Source: Cladosporium halotolerans
Lineage: Eukaryota
NCBI RefSeq assembly: GCF_011745625.1
Contig: NW_027191485.1
Span: 62,001 to 126,000, forward strand
Direction of reading: 5' to 3'
Length of the DNA: 64,000 bases
The notes under the pieces are model-generated. The model did not search any database. It was not told the origin of the DNA and worked only from the letters and a program-made list of their open reading frames with translations. Both the position numbers and the translations under genes were made by a program. The stretch's first letter is position 1; each line of letters starts with the position of its first letter. Below are positions 1-11,666 of the stretch, in pieces.

Positions 1-339
1 TTCGTAAGGAACGATCGAGATGAGCTCCTGCTTCGCAAGCTCGCTAAGAATAGGAGAGCTCGCCGGCGAGTCACCCTCAATCTGCTTTGAGACCTCCGGT
101 TGGAGCAGAACACATTTCTTTCCAGACTTCGCCCGGTCAGGGTCAGGATCTGGATACACGCTCCCCAGTCGCTCCTGGTTCAAAGCAATTTTTCCACGCT
201 CGAGTTCGCCCCTGACCCGAGAGATGGTTTTGTTGTCGAAGATCCGAGCTGCCTTGACCGGAATGACTTTCTTGAAAAAGCTCCGGTCCAGAGTCTTCAT
301 CGACCTGTTGATCGGGGCGCGGAACATCTCGTCTGCCAT
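1..339 (-). CDS. TRM5: tRNA (guanine-37-N1)-methyltransferase Trm5, N-terminal part (runs off window start)
   Basis: Not in the ORF track. Manual translation from ATG at 339 gives MADEMFRAPINRSMKTLDRSFFKKVIPVKAARIFDNK...ELISIVPYE, open to base 1. It matches the Trm5 N-terminal pattern (yeast PPVNRQMRELDRSFF...EIVPHE). Confidence 0.8.
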   Translation of the reverse strand, partial: MADEMFRAPINRSMKTLDRSFFKKVIPVKAARIFDNKTISRVRGELERGKIALNQERLGSVYPDPDPDRAKSGKKCVLLQPEVSKQIEGDSPASSPILSELAKQELISIVPYE

Positions 340-893
340 CAGATGCGACGTGAAGTGCGTGTACCGCGAACAGATGGCCGATGCGTGCTTTGAGCTATCT
401 TGCGGAAATTTGGCGATGTTCCAATGACTCAGGAGCGACACTTGAAATGCGACTCGTCAAAACTTTTGGTCGCTCTGGGATCGCCTCTTAACACGCGAAC
501 TTGGGCGGTTTCACGAGAATTAAGTCGTACGCAAACAATATCTTGTGTTGATCGTCTAGTCACAGCATAAACCTTGCCAGTGAATTTCACTCCCGGTCAC
601 CTTAAACATCCTTCACCAATTGGGCAGCCGTATCGGGTTCCTGCCAGGCTCGGCTCGCTAGCTCCGGATTGGCCCACAAGTTCGCGACTCCACGCTCCAC
701 CACGCGTGAGAGCGAGGGTACCAGGGCATAACATCATACTGGCCTCCCTTTAACACATTTCACTTTCCGACCTCACCCATGCCCTTCCCGCTTCGCCTGG
801 ATCCTTGAACTCCGCTGGACAACACCGCGCTGCTCGGTCGCGTCAGACTGCTTCCACCTATGAAATCGCGATAACTAAGAGGCCACATTCACC

Positions 894-3800
894 ATGTCGC
901 CGGTCAGCGGAGGAGGAGGAGGAAATATTAAGGTGGTGGTGAGAGTGCGACCGTTCAACTCGCGCGAACATGCTCGGAACGCAAAATGTATCGTGGCTAT
1001 GAAAGGCACGCAGACGACTCTCAAGCCACCACCGCAGGATGGAAAGAACAAGGCGGTCAAGGGCGCCGAGGGGCCCAAGACGTTCGCGTACGACAAAAGT
1101 TACTGGTCCTTCGACAAGAAAGACGATAGCTATGCCGGACAGGAGAATCTCTTTGCGGATCTCGGACAGCCGCTGCTCGACAATGCTTTTCAGGGCTACA
1201 ACAACTGTATCTTCGCCTACGGCCAGACGGGTTCGGGAAAGAGTTACAGCATGATGGGATACGGCGAGGAGGAAGGTGTGATCCCGCGCATTTGCAGAGA
1301 CATGTTCGACCGGATCGACGGCATTCAGACGGACAACTCTATGAAATGCACGGTCGAGGTGTCTTACTTGGAAATCTACAACGAGCGCGTGCGAGACTTG
1401 CTCAACCCCAGCACAAAAGGCAATTTGAAAGTCAGAGAGCATCCTTCGACTGGTCCGTATGTGGAAGATTTGGCGAAGTTGGTTGTCCGGAGTTTCATGG
1501 AGATCGAGCACCTCATGGACGAGGGCAACAAAGCCAGAACGGTCGCAGCGACGAACATGAACGAGACTTCTTCGCGATCGCACGCCGTCTTCACCCTCAC
1601 TCTGACCCAGAAGAGACACGATGCGGAGACAAACATGGATACGGAGAAGGTCGCGAAGATCAGTTTGGTGGATTTGGCTGGTTCTGAACGTGCTACCAGC
1701 ACCGGAGCTACAGGTGCACGGCTGAAGGAAGGTGCGGAGATCAACCGTTCGTTGTCAACACTTGGACGTGTCATTGCGGCTTTGGCAGACGCAAGCACGG
1801 GTAAGGTCAAGGGCAAGGGCTCACAAGTCCCCTACCGAGACTCCATCCTCACCTGGCTGCTGAAGGATAGTTTGGGTGGAAACAGCTTGACAGCCATGAT
1901 TGCAGCTATCTCGCCTGCGGATATCAACTTCGAGGAGACACTCTCGACATTGCGTTATGCCGATAGCGCGAAGCGCATCAAGAACAACGCAGTTGTCAAC
2001 GAGGATCCGAATGCCCGCATGATTCGCGAACTGAAGGAAGAGCTTGCCCAGTTGCGCTCCAAGCTCAGCACAGGTGGCGCCATTGCCGGCGAAGAGTACA
2101 GTGCGGACACGCCTCCGGAGAAACAAATGGTCTCGATCACATCACAGGACGGCACTGTCAAAAGGGTGTCGAAAGCGGAGATTACTGAGCAGCTCGCACA
2201 GTCGGAGAAGCTCTATGAGGACCTCAATCAAACATGGGAAGAGAAGCTCACCAAAACCGAGTCGATCCACAAAGAGCGTGAAGCGGCTTTGGAAGAACTG
2301 GGTATCAGTATCGAGAAGGGATTCGTGGGAATGAGCACACCGAAGAAGATGCCCCATTTGGTGAACTTGAGCGATGATCCTTTGCTCGCCGAATGCCTTG
2401 TGTACAATTTGAAGCCTGGAACAACGACCGTGGGTAATGTGGAATCAAATCCTGCTCCTACGGAAGGCGAAGGCGAAACGTCATCCACGGTTGATATTCG
2501 TTTAAACGGGTCCAAGATCCTCCACGACCATTGTACCTTCGAGAACGTCGACGGTGTAGTCACTGTGGTTCCAAAAGACGGTGCGGCTATTATGGTCAAC
2601 GGTCTGCGAATAGAGTCACCACAACGTCTCCGATCGGGTTACCGCGTGATTCTAGGCGACTTCCACATCTTCCGTTTCAACCATCCGCAGGAAGCACGAG
2701 AAGAGCGGGCGGAGCAGGGAAGTCTGCTCAAGTATTCCGTGACTGCCGAGCAGCTTGACTCTCCTACACCCCAAAATGGCCACGTACGGACTGCGAGCAA
2801 CTTCAGCCGAGCCATGTCGGAGATCGACGGCGAGAGCTCACCTGGGGCTGACTCGCCAATACCGTTCCGGGGTCAAGGCCGAGATAGCGATTGGAGCTTT
2901 GCACGCCGCGAAGCAGTTACTGCGCTGCTTGGCCCTGATCAGAAAATATCGAGCCTCACGGATGACGAGCTGGACGTGCTTTTTGAAGACCTGCAGCGGG
3001 TGCGTGCAGTCCGAAAGGCTAGGCCCGAAGGCCGATTGTTTGACTCAAACGGCGGCGATGAAGATACAGACTCAGTGACGTCGCAACAGCTTCCGCTTCG
3101 TGAGAAGTATCTGAGTAATGGAACTCTTGACAATTTCAGCCTTGACACTGCTCTCACGGCACCCTCGACGCCACAGAATATGGAAGAGGACGAGCAGTTC
3201 AAGCAGGCTCGCAGTAATATGCAGGAGCAGCTCGACAAGCAGAAGGAGGAGTTCCACCAGAAGCTGACCAATGCGGAAGATGGCAATGTCGAGATTACTG
3301 ACATCCGTGCTGAGAAAGCGAAGATGGAAGAGGAATTACGCCAGGCCAAAGAGCAGATGCAAAAGCAGTTGGCGGATCAAAAAGCCGAATTCGCAAAACA
3401 GCTAGCCGATATCAGAGCGCCGCCAAAGCGACGGACCAGGAGCGACGGAAGACCTATATTCACAGAGCGCGACATCTATCTCGCAAAACATGTATTAGAC
3501 CACTGGCGCCGACATCGCTACATTTCCATGGCGGCATCTGCGCTGCGAAATGCCAGCACGCTCAAGGAGGCACAGGTCATGAGCCAACAAATGGAACGCA
3601 GCGTCGTTTTCCAGTTTGTCGTCGTCGACCTTGGCTATACATTTGGCTCATCCTACGATTTGGTTCTCAACGGTGTCTCGGCTGAAGAAAGCAACGATCC
3701 CGAATTGGAAGATGCCGTGAAGCCATGCCTAGGAGTGCGTGTTGTTGACTTCAAGAACAGCGTTGTCCATCTCTGGTCTCTTCAGAAACTCCACGCGAGG

Positions 3801-5762
3801 GTGAGAGTGATGCGGCAAATGTGTCAATACCTGGACCGTCCGGAGTACATGCAGCATTTCCGTTTGGAGAACCCGTTTGAAGAGACTTGCATGCCAGAGT
3901 ATACACGTGTCGGAGATGCCGATATACCACTGGCGGCCGTCTTCGAATGCCGAGTACAGGATTTTACTCTCGACGTATTCTCCCCTTACACTTCCTCGGT
4001 AGTGGGCATTGTGAGGCTCAGCCTTGAGCCCTCGTCAGCAGAGGCACCAAGCTCGACGCTGAAATTCAATGTGATCATGCACGAGATGGCTGGATTCTCA
4101 GAACTGGAGGGCAGTAATGTACATGCGCAGCTATTCATTCCTGGCGTGTCAGAAGAGGGTGGCGCCACAACAACATCTCTTATCAGCGACTTCGGCGATG
4201 CTCCCGTACGATTCGAAAGCGTGCACTCGATGAGCTTGCCTCTTTCGGCGCCTCGCGAGTCGAGCCTGCGAGTCAGCATTTTTGCCAAAGTAACATCTAT
4301 GCACCTTGACAAGCTTCTGAGTTGGGATGACATGCGCGATGCATCAGCAAGGCCGAAGCCGCAGCGAAATCACTCACGACTGCCCGAAAGTGAATACTAT
4401 TCTGAGGAACGTCACGATGTCTTCGCGAGGGTGCAGGTCCTTGAGATTGGCGAGGATGGTTCGTACCAGCCTGTGGAGGTGGTACAGAATAACACGCTCG
4501 ACAACGGCGCCTACCAACTGCATCAAGGGCTGCAGCGACGTGTGGTGCTGCATTTGGCGCACAGCTCTGGAGACACCCTTCCATGGGAGCAGGTTACGGA
4601 GTTTCGCGCTGGGCATGTGCATCTTCTGGACAAATCAGGTGCCGTGTCTGATCTCGACAGTGGACAAGCCGACGTTGTCCTGCCACTGGTCTCGCCGCCG
4701 ATCATTCGCACCAACGATGACGGCACGACTCAAGTCAAGATGGTGGGCCAGTGGGACTCCAGCGCACACAACTCGCTACTACTCGACCGTCCTACAGTTG
4801 AGAACTACCGGGTGCAGCTTTCCCTCAAATGGCAGGTATTGTCGCCTCGCACCATCCACCCGATGAAATTCAACCTCGACATCGCCGTCCAAACGCGACC
4901 ACGCACTTGGTTCAGGCAGAACTCCCTCCTCGCCCAGCTGTGGCAAAACACCCGTGTCGTACACTCCTGCACCGCAAACTACTCCATCACCCTGAAGCCC
5001 ACAGCCGCAAAGCGCGCCGGCGACCTCTGGCGAATGGACACGACAGGCGAGTACATCTCAGGCGAGGAAATGCTCAGCGGTTGGGCGCCGCGAGGCATCT
5101 CCCTCATCCGCGACTTCATCGACCTCCGCCGCCGCCAACGCCGCACGGCCGAAATCGAAGCCGCCCGCGGCGTCCTCAGCCTCGGCGCCCTCTCGCCCCC
5201 CTCCCGCCCAACGCCCACCGAACAAACCCAACCGACCGAAACCCAACAAGCCCTGGCCCAGAAATTCCTCTCCCTCTGGCTCACGCCAACCCCCAAATCC
5301 GACTCCCTCCTCCTCCGCTCCAACACCTCCTCTCCCGACCCCACCACCCAGCAGCACCCCACATCCTCCTCCTCCCACTCCCCCGGCGAGCACTCCCCGC
5401 CCCCCGCCCTCGCCGCCCTCGTAACCCACAACCCCAAGGCCCCCACCGTGCTCAAATCCGGCTGGCTGCTCGCGCCCGACGCCGCCGGCGCGCGCTGGAT
5501 CAAGCGCTTCGCCGAGCTGCGCCGGCCCTACCTGCACCTGTACGCCAGCGACGGCGACGAGGTCGCCGCCATCAATTTGACCAACTCGCGCATCGACGCG
5601 GAGCCCCAGGTCGCGCGCCTGCTGCAGCGCGACAAGGTGCGCATGGAGGTGTGGGCCGTGTACGCGGTCAACAAGGCGTGGCTGTTTGCGGCGCGCAGCG
5701 ATCGCGAGAGGGGGGAGTGGATTTGGGCGGTCGACAGGAGTTATGTTCTTGGCGGGGGATGA
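894..5762 (+). CDS. Kinesin-3 (Unc104/KIF1A/UncA-like), 1622 aa, intronless
   Basis: Motor motifs VVVRVRP, YGQTGSGKS (P-loop), NETSSRSH and LVDLAGSE. FHA domain (PHLVNLSDDPLLAECLVY...HIFRFNHP), coiled coils and a C-terminal PH domain (LKSGWLL...ERGEWIWAV). Confidence 0.97.
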   Translation: MSPVSGGGGGNIKVVVRVRPFNSREHARNAKCIVAMKGTQTTLKPPPQDGKNKAVKGAEGPKTFAYDKSYWSFDKKDDSYAGQENLFADLGQPLLDNAFQGYNNCIFAYGQTGSGKSYSMMGYGEEEGVIPRICRDMFDRIDGIQTDNSMKCTVEVSYLEIYNERVRDLLNPSTKGNLKVREHPSTGPYVEDLAKLVVRSFMEIEHLMDEGNKARTVAATNMNETSSRSHAVFTLTLTQKRHDAETNMDTEKVAKISLVDLAGSERATSTGATGARLKEGAEINRSLSTLGRVIAALADASTGKVKGKGSQVPYRDSILTWLLKDSLGGNSLTAMIAAISPADINFEETLSTLRYADSAKRIKNNAVVNEDPNARMIRELKEELAQLRSKLSTGGAIAGEEYSADTPPEKQMVSITSQDGTVKRVSKAEITEQLAQSEKLYEDLNQTWEEKLTKTESIHKEREAALEELGISIEKGFVGMSTPKKMPHLVNLSDDPLLAECLVYNLKPGTTTVGNVESNPAPTEGEGETSSTVDIRLNGSKILHDHCTFENVDGVVTVVPKDGAAIMVNGLRIESPQRLRSGYRVILGDFHIFRFNHPQEAREERAEQGSLLKYSVTAEQLDSPTPQNGHVRTASNFSRAMSEIDGESSPGADSPIPFRGQGRDSDWSFARREAVTALLGPDQKISSLTDDELDVLFEDLQRVRAVRKARPEGRLFDSNGGDEDTDSVTSQQLPLREKYLSNGTLDNFSLDTALTAPSTPQNMEEDEQFKQARSNMQEQLDKQKEEFHQKLTNAEDGNVEITDIRAEKAKMEEELRQAKEQMQKQLADQKAEFAKQLADIRAPPKRRTRSDGRPIFTERDIYLAKHVLDHWRRHRYISMAASALRNASTLKEAQVMSQQMERSVVFQFVVVDLGYTFGSSYDLVLNGVSAEESNDPELEDAVKPCLGVRVVDFKNSVVHLWSLQKLHARVRVMRQMCQYLDRPEYMQHFRLENPFEETCMPEYTRVGDADIPLAAVFECRVQDFTLDVFSPYTSSVVGIVRLSLEPSSAEAPSSTLKFNVIMHEMAGFSELEGSNVHAQLFIPGVSEEGGATTTSLISDFGDAPVRFESVHSMSLPLSAPRESSLRVSIFAKVTSMHLDKLLSWDDMRDASARPKPQRNHSRLPESEYYSEERHDVFARVQVLEIGEDGSYQPVEVVQNNTLDNGAYQLHQGLQRRVVLHLAHSSGDTLPWEQVTEFRAGHVHLLDKSGAVSDLDSGQADVVLPLVSPPIIRTNDDGTTQVKMVGQWDSSAHNSLLLDRPTVENYRVQLSLKWQVLSPRTIHPMKFNLDIAVQTRPRTWFRQNSLLAQLWQNTRVVHSCTANYSITLKPTAAKRAGDLWRMDTTGEYISGEEMLSGWAPRGISLIRDFIDLRRRQRRTAEIEAARGVLSLGALSPPSRPTPTEQTQPTETQQALAQKFLSLWLTPTPKSDSLLLRSNTSSPDPTTQQHPTSSSSHSPGEHSPPPALAALVTHNPKAPTVLKSGWLLAPDAAGARWIKRFAELRRPYLHLYASDGDEVAAINLTNSRIDAEPQVARLLQRDKVRMEVWAVYAVNKAWLFAARSDRERGEWIWAVDRSYVLGGG

Positions 5763-6504
5763 TGGGATTCTTTGGTTGATGGATGGATTGGTTGGTTTTT
5801 TTTTTTTTTTTCTTCTTTCGAGAGCGGGCGGGGCGGGCATGCTTGTTTTCGCTGTGCTGTGCCGTTTGAGCCTTGCTTTTGATTTCTTCTTTTGATTTCT
5901 TTTTCTTGCAGGTCTGAAGACGCGCATACGCGTGCGTCGTCGTCGAAAGATTTAGGTTTTGATACCCACCCCCCAGATCGAAGTATTTATTATCATTTAT
6001 TACTAGGACATCAGCCATTACAAGACCGTGATTGGACATAAAAGTGGTGCCTTGCGTGCAATAGTGGCAGGATGCGTAGCATGTGTAGCTACCTTACGCG
6101 TGTAGCAGCGAGGGTAGGTAATAAGGTACCCATGGCGGAAGCTGATTTCCGGTCGAGAAACCCATTGATGATGACACAAGACGTCTACGGCAAACGTGGC
6201 AGCGTGGGCTCTGGAAATTGGGAAGTCGTGGAGCGGAGCAGGATGCGGAGTCGGAGTCGGAGAAAGAGTGCATTAAATCCACCTGTACCATCCTCGTCCA
6301 TCGGAGAGAAAAGATCGTAGCGACGTCTCGAATTCCTCTTCTCTCATGCCAGTAGTGAATAAAGATCGAAAAAAAAGCTCGCTCTCGCCAGAACGCACTC
6401 AAAAACCATAATAACAGTGACAAATCCCCCCTCCCCACATTCGACTTTTGTATAATAAACCCATTCCCCAAAAACGAAAATCAATCAACCCAAGACCCAG
6501 CCCT

Positions 6505-8660
6505 CTAAGCCGAGTCCGAACTCGACCCCTCGCGCCCGCCCTTCTCGTCCTCCTCCAAAAGCGCCTCCTTACCAGCGCCATTCGCCTGCGCAGCCTTGAC
6601 GGGGCTCAGCGGACCACTGCCGTTGCCCTTCGCGTTGCCGCCGCGGCCCTTCGTGCGCTCGAAGAACGTGCTGACCTCGGAAGACCAGCCGTCCTCGTCG
6701 ACGAGATCCTCCTTGTTCTCCTTCTCCTCCGCGCGCCGCGCCATGGCGGCCTCCCAGTCGCCGCGCATCTCCTCGACGCGCTGCTCGTAGTCGCGCGCCG
6801 CGTCGTAGTGCTTGCCGACGCCGCGCAGGCGCTCCCAGACGCTCAGGTGCTTGGGGTGGATCGCGACGCCGTGGTAGTCGGCCTCGCGGCCGTCGCGGAT
6901 GTAGGCCCAGCGGCGCTCCTGCTCCTTCAGGTCGAGGCCGGTGGTGTCAGGGAGGAAGAGCCAGGTCAGCAGGGCGCCGGCGAGGCCGAACCAGGGGACG
7001 ACGAGGAAGCGGGTGGGGACGTCGATGTAGTTGTACAGGACGGCGGCGAGGAGGGCGCCGAGCTTGCCGGCGGCGGCGGAGAAGCCGTGGGCCGTGGCGC
7101 GGATGGGGGTGGGGAAGACCTCGGCGGCGGCGATGAAGGTGACGCTGTTGGGGCCGAATTGGTTGAAGAAGGAGGAGAGGAAGTACATGGCCATGAAGGA
7201 GTTGATGCCGGCGCCCTCGGCGTAGTATTCGTAGTTGAAGGCGGGGATGACGAAGAGGATGAAGTCGAGCAGGAAGCCGATGATCTGCATCCACTTGCGG
7301 CCGTAGAGCTTGTTGTCGATCATGAAGGAGGCCAGGTAGTAGCCGCAGAGGGCGACACCGACGTTGACCAGGTTCCAGAGCCAGTTGGTCATGACGGACT
7401 GGCTGCCAGGGTTGAGCACGGAGATGAACTGGGCCTGGAAGAGCTTGTTGCCGTAGAAGAAGACGTCGTTGGCAAACCACGCGCCGGCGGTGGCGATGAG
7501 ACGGGGTCCGAAGTAGCCGAGGGTCAGCTTGAGGGACTGGACGTCGTAGCCGGTGACGTGCTGCTTCTTCTTCGCGATGGCGAGCTGCTTAGAGGCAGAC
7601 TTCATCTTGTAGGTACGGAAGTAGACGAGCCAGAGAGTGCCGACGGCCGGGATGGCGAACGACACACGGTAAGTCCATTGCACGGAGACCTTGGAGTAGG
7701 GTGGGTTTCCACTGCCGGAGTGGAAGATGAGAAGCAGCAGGATGAGGATGACCTGGTTGAGGAACTGACCCCAGCCCTGCATCAGGAAAGCGGAAGTGAC
7801 CTTGCGGCCACGGTGGAGACGGTCATCGCGGGTGGAGACCTTTCCAGACCCGACTGCGTTCTCCATACCGGAGGTGGCAGTCATGGGGTACTCGCCACCG
7901 ACACCGATGCCGTAGAAGAACAGGGACCAGACGTAGCAGATGACCCAGCCGTCTGAAAATAAGTTAGTCAATGTTCACCGCTTCAACCAAGATCGATCGA
8001 CTTACTCAGAGTGACACCCCAAGCGGCAGTAAGCATGAGAAGACCGATGAACATGATGGTGGCATCCTGGATCAGACCGAAACGACGGCCCATCCAGTCA
8101 CCGACGATACCGACGAGGATTTGACCAACAATGATACCGACGATTTCCAGATATTCGATAGACTGGAGCCAAGTCTCGTTGCAGACGGTGTGAGAGTCCC
8201 AGCAGCCGGGGAAAGCAGATGCAAGTAGAGGCTTGACGTTGCCGATGGAGAAGAGTACGTAACTGAAGGAACGTTAGTATCTGGGACGAAAAACGCAATT
8301 GCGAGATCAATCGTACCCTTCGAGAAGCAGACCGGCACCAGGAATGACCATGTTGCGCATGTAGTAACCAATAGGGCTGAGAGGGTCATTCTTGATCATG
8401 CGGCCGATGGAAGAGAGCTCCTTCTTGGCCTCCTGAGAGTCAACCTTGTTGACGAACTTCAGACGGCGCCAGAGGGGCATGTCGGCCCAGTAGGTGCCGG
8501 TCTCGTCGTAGCTGTCGTCGGGCAGGAGGAGCGACCTGAAGACGTCGGACTCGCTCTTGTTCATGTCCATCATGATGTCGGCGGTGGCGACGTGCTGGCC
8601 GCCCATGTTGGGGCCGTGAGGGGCGGCAATGCCATAGTCACGCATGGAGCTGTCGGCCAT
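6505..8660 (-). CDS. MFS phosphate/organophosphate:H+ symporter (Pho84/Git1-related PHS family), ~682 aa, 3 exons
   Basis: Exons 8660-8317, 8262-8006 and 7952-6505. The GT..CTAAC..AG introns at 8263-8316 and 7953-8005 restore the frame. Motifs GDWMGRR, GIGVGGEYPMTAT, MQGWGQ, NQFGPNSVTF and EVFPTPIRATAHGFSAAAGKLGA, with multiple TM segments. Confidence 0.9.
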
Positions 8661-8766
8661 GGCTGCTATGCTGTGGTGCTCGACGATGTCGAGGCTTGGA
8701 TGAAGTGAGGTGGTGCTAGGGCTCGCCTAGGGAGCAAGAGGAAGGCGATAGAGGGTCGATCACAGG

Positions 8767-8776
8767 CCTTATAAAA
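8767..8776 (-). promoter_or_regulatory. Putative TATA box of the transporter gene
   Basis: TTTTATAAGG on the minus strand, ~110 nt upstream of the ATG at 8660, in otherwise GC-rich DNA. Confidence 0.45.
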
Positions 8777-11666
8777 GAAGCTCACGACAAGCTTCGTAGT
8801 CGGGCTCGGCGGCGCCTTGCTCGGTGCGAGATGATGTAGCCCTACGGGCTAGGGGTGGGAGAGGGGTGGGAGTTGAGATTGAGTGCGGTGCAGAATCGCG
8901 TGTTCGCCGCGTGTGGCAGCGGCACGTTGTGCAGCAAAAGCTCGTGAGTGGCCGAGGAGCAGGGCTTCAGTGCGCAAGGATCCGGAGTCGATTAGGTCGA
9001 CGGTTAGCACGCGGATGTTTCGGCCGCCGTCTGATCGCGTGGCGTTGCGATCTTGCTTGGCTGGTCGATAGGCGATGCTTGTTTCTGACGTCTGCGGATG
9101 TAATGGTATGCAGAGGGAAGAATGCTGCTGGTGAAGGCGCCCGTGGGAGAGGCGAGGTGCTTCTGAAAAATGAGCAGGGCCGCAATGATGAAAGGTGGGA
9201 GGCGGGCCGTTTTCTGCTATGGCCAACGTGTGGAGTAGGTGGGATTGAGTTTCAACGGAAGCCTCTGACAGTGCCAGTGGACGCAGCTGCCGCACGCCGC
9301 GCCCAGACGCCTGCGACGAATGACTAGCAGCAGGTGGCAGCGACGACGCCGAACCCTGTATGGCGTGGCATCGTTTTTTCGTCGTCGCTGAAGATCCGTC
9401 GGCGGACCAGGGTGCCGCAGTGCTGCCGCCGCCGCGAGAGCGATCTCGACGCCCGGGGACGTCTGTGCCTCTGGCATCGCCGAGACAGCGAGCATCTCCA
9501 TGTCATGTCGCGGGCAGCCACGGAGGCATAGGCACGGCAGGCGGAGAGATGCCCTCGCCCAGCATGCACAAGAGGCCGACAGCCGGGCTTGGAGGCGACA
9601 AGCATCGCGATGTGCGGGCTTCGCTGTTCTTCGCGCGCCCGCAAGCCCCGATGGCAAACGCCCGCACGCCAACAAGCCAGCAAGGCGTGTCGTCTGGGAC
9701 TGAGAAAACGTGCTGCAATGAGACACTTTAATTGGCTCGAGAACCAAGGCCCTCTGTGCTAAAAAACTAGTAAACGCAGAGCGCGGCTCTCAGCATGCAG
9801 GGCGCAGCTCCTCCGCAAGCCCGCGCCCATCGCTCGTCTGGCCCGCGGCAAGCGGCGGAGCAGGGCGTGGAGCCCGGTCACGCCGGTACAGACACCACGG
9901 ACGACCGATCACCTCGCCCAGACACCCTCCGATGCTGCCGCCCAGCGTCGCACGAGCACGTGAAAGATGGCCCGAGATTGTCAAGAGCCGTCCTGCAATT
10001 ACAGCGTCCGCCAGTGGTATACCAGCCGCGTTGACCAGTGAGAGCCATCCAGCGAGCCAGCAAGAAGAAAAAAACCCTGCATAAACGACAACGACGCCGC
10101 CACCAACGCCCTGGCGCTCGCCTACAAAGCTTGGCCTCCTCTTGACCGCCACGGCGGGCAGCGTCGCGTGCCCAGCTGCCCAAAGCAGCCGCCGAAGAGT
10201 CGCGTGCTCACTTGCCGCAAGCGAGCAGATGCGTTGAGCCGGCTAACTTCGCTCAAAACATCTGTGTGAAGCTGCACGTAAGTACGCGATATGCAGTCCC
10301 GCCGCCGCGAGAACCCACTCTCGTCTCGGAGCCCACTTCTGCGCGCGCGCACGCCCGGGGTAGATCAGGGACTGACTCCAGAGCCGCCCACTCACCGTCG
10401 CCTCCGCGTGCACGTGTGGGCGCCCGTTCTGGCCGTGGCCGGGCCATCCAGGTTCGGAGGGCGCGAGGCCAGATGCGAGGTGGGAAGGGGGACTAGGGAA
10501 GACTTACCTAATCGGCCATGGCGACGTTTCATTTCCAGCTACCTTATGCAGGACAGTGGCCGTTTTGGTGCCTTTTGGTAGGACATGCAGATCGGGGTCG
10601 TGGCTGGGACTGGTTTAGGCTCCGAACCTTGGGCTGGGGCCTCGGTATCTGGGTATATCGGACATTTGAGTGGACATTCTTGTGTCGAAGAGCCGTTGGG
10701 ATGTCCAGCAGTGACATTCCGAGTGGATGCTGGTTTTAGCCAGAAGAGTGCCGGCCGGTATGGCTTGCTCGGGTTGCATTGCCGTGTGTTGTAGATACCT
10801 GCATTCTGCGGCGACGATGTCGGCATTTCATTTGTGTAGTCACTCGCTTGTGACAGCAATGGGCCGTGGTGTGATTGTACATATAGAAGGTTTGGTGGCA
10901 CATGATGTCTCTAAGCTCTGCGGAACGCTTATCCAGTCCAGCATATGCCTCTTTCTTGCTCACAAGAGTACGAACGCCATATCTACCTTCAGCTGCATGT
11001 ACTGGGCTGCTTTTGCAGTAAGCTTGTCGCCTGTTACTTGGGAGGCTCTTCGGCGAAGTCAGATATCGGAATAAGGTAGTCTAGCGGTGATGGTCGAGGG
11101 CTGGACTTGAGAGATGCTCAAGAAACGCCTAATGAGCCCCTTTGCGATCGAATACGGATTCATGTGCTGCCATCCCTGTATAGTAATCAATCGTAGTCTC
11201 ATCAACAGGCGAGTGCGGGGGTGGTAATTCCTTTGCTACTCTGAGTGATGGTCCACAACGCTGGTAGTCCGTCGCATGTGTCGACTTCGATGCCAATCCA
11301 GAATGCGACCTTGAAGCGCTCACACCTCCTCCTCCGAAATCCAGAGAAAGCGATAGAAATCCAACTATACCCCAAGATCATGCATCTCTCTCTAAACAAG
11401 TACAACGCGTACTTGTCCACTTACCACGCGAATCCGCAAATCACAATAGAGTTGCAAGGGTTAGGGTTAGGGCGACACATCCCTCCCGCCCAGCCCAGCC
11501 CAGCCCATCCCATCCCATCCCAAAAGTTCGTGTCACGCCTCCCCGCTCCCGCCACCACCACCCACCTCCAAACCCATACAAACATACGCACACCACCAAA
11601 ACCCACCATCAACCCCAATCAAACACCCCCCTCAACCTCCATCAGAAAAAAAAACACCCCATCAAA

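Noticed and set aside
20..427. ORF-track + strand ORFs at the window start
   Set aside because: They are antisense to the TRM5 frame, which the track missed because it runs off the edge.
6448..7956. 502-aa + strand ORF, and similar long antisense or alternate-frame ORFs (4829-5779, 34191-35138, 42347-43597, 58996-59925)
   Set aside because: These shadow real genes with very high GC3, which removes stops from other frames. No recognisable motifs.
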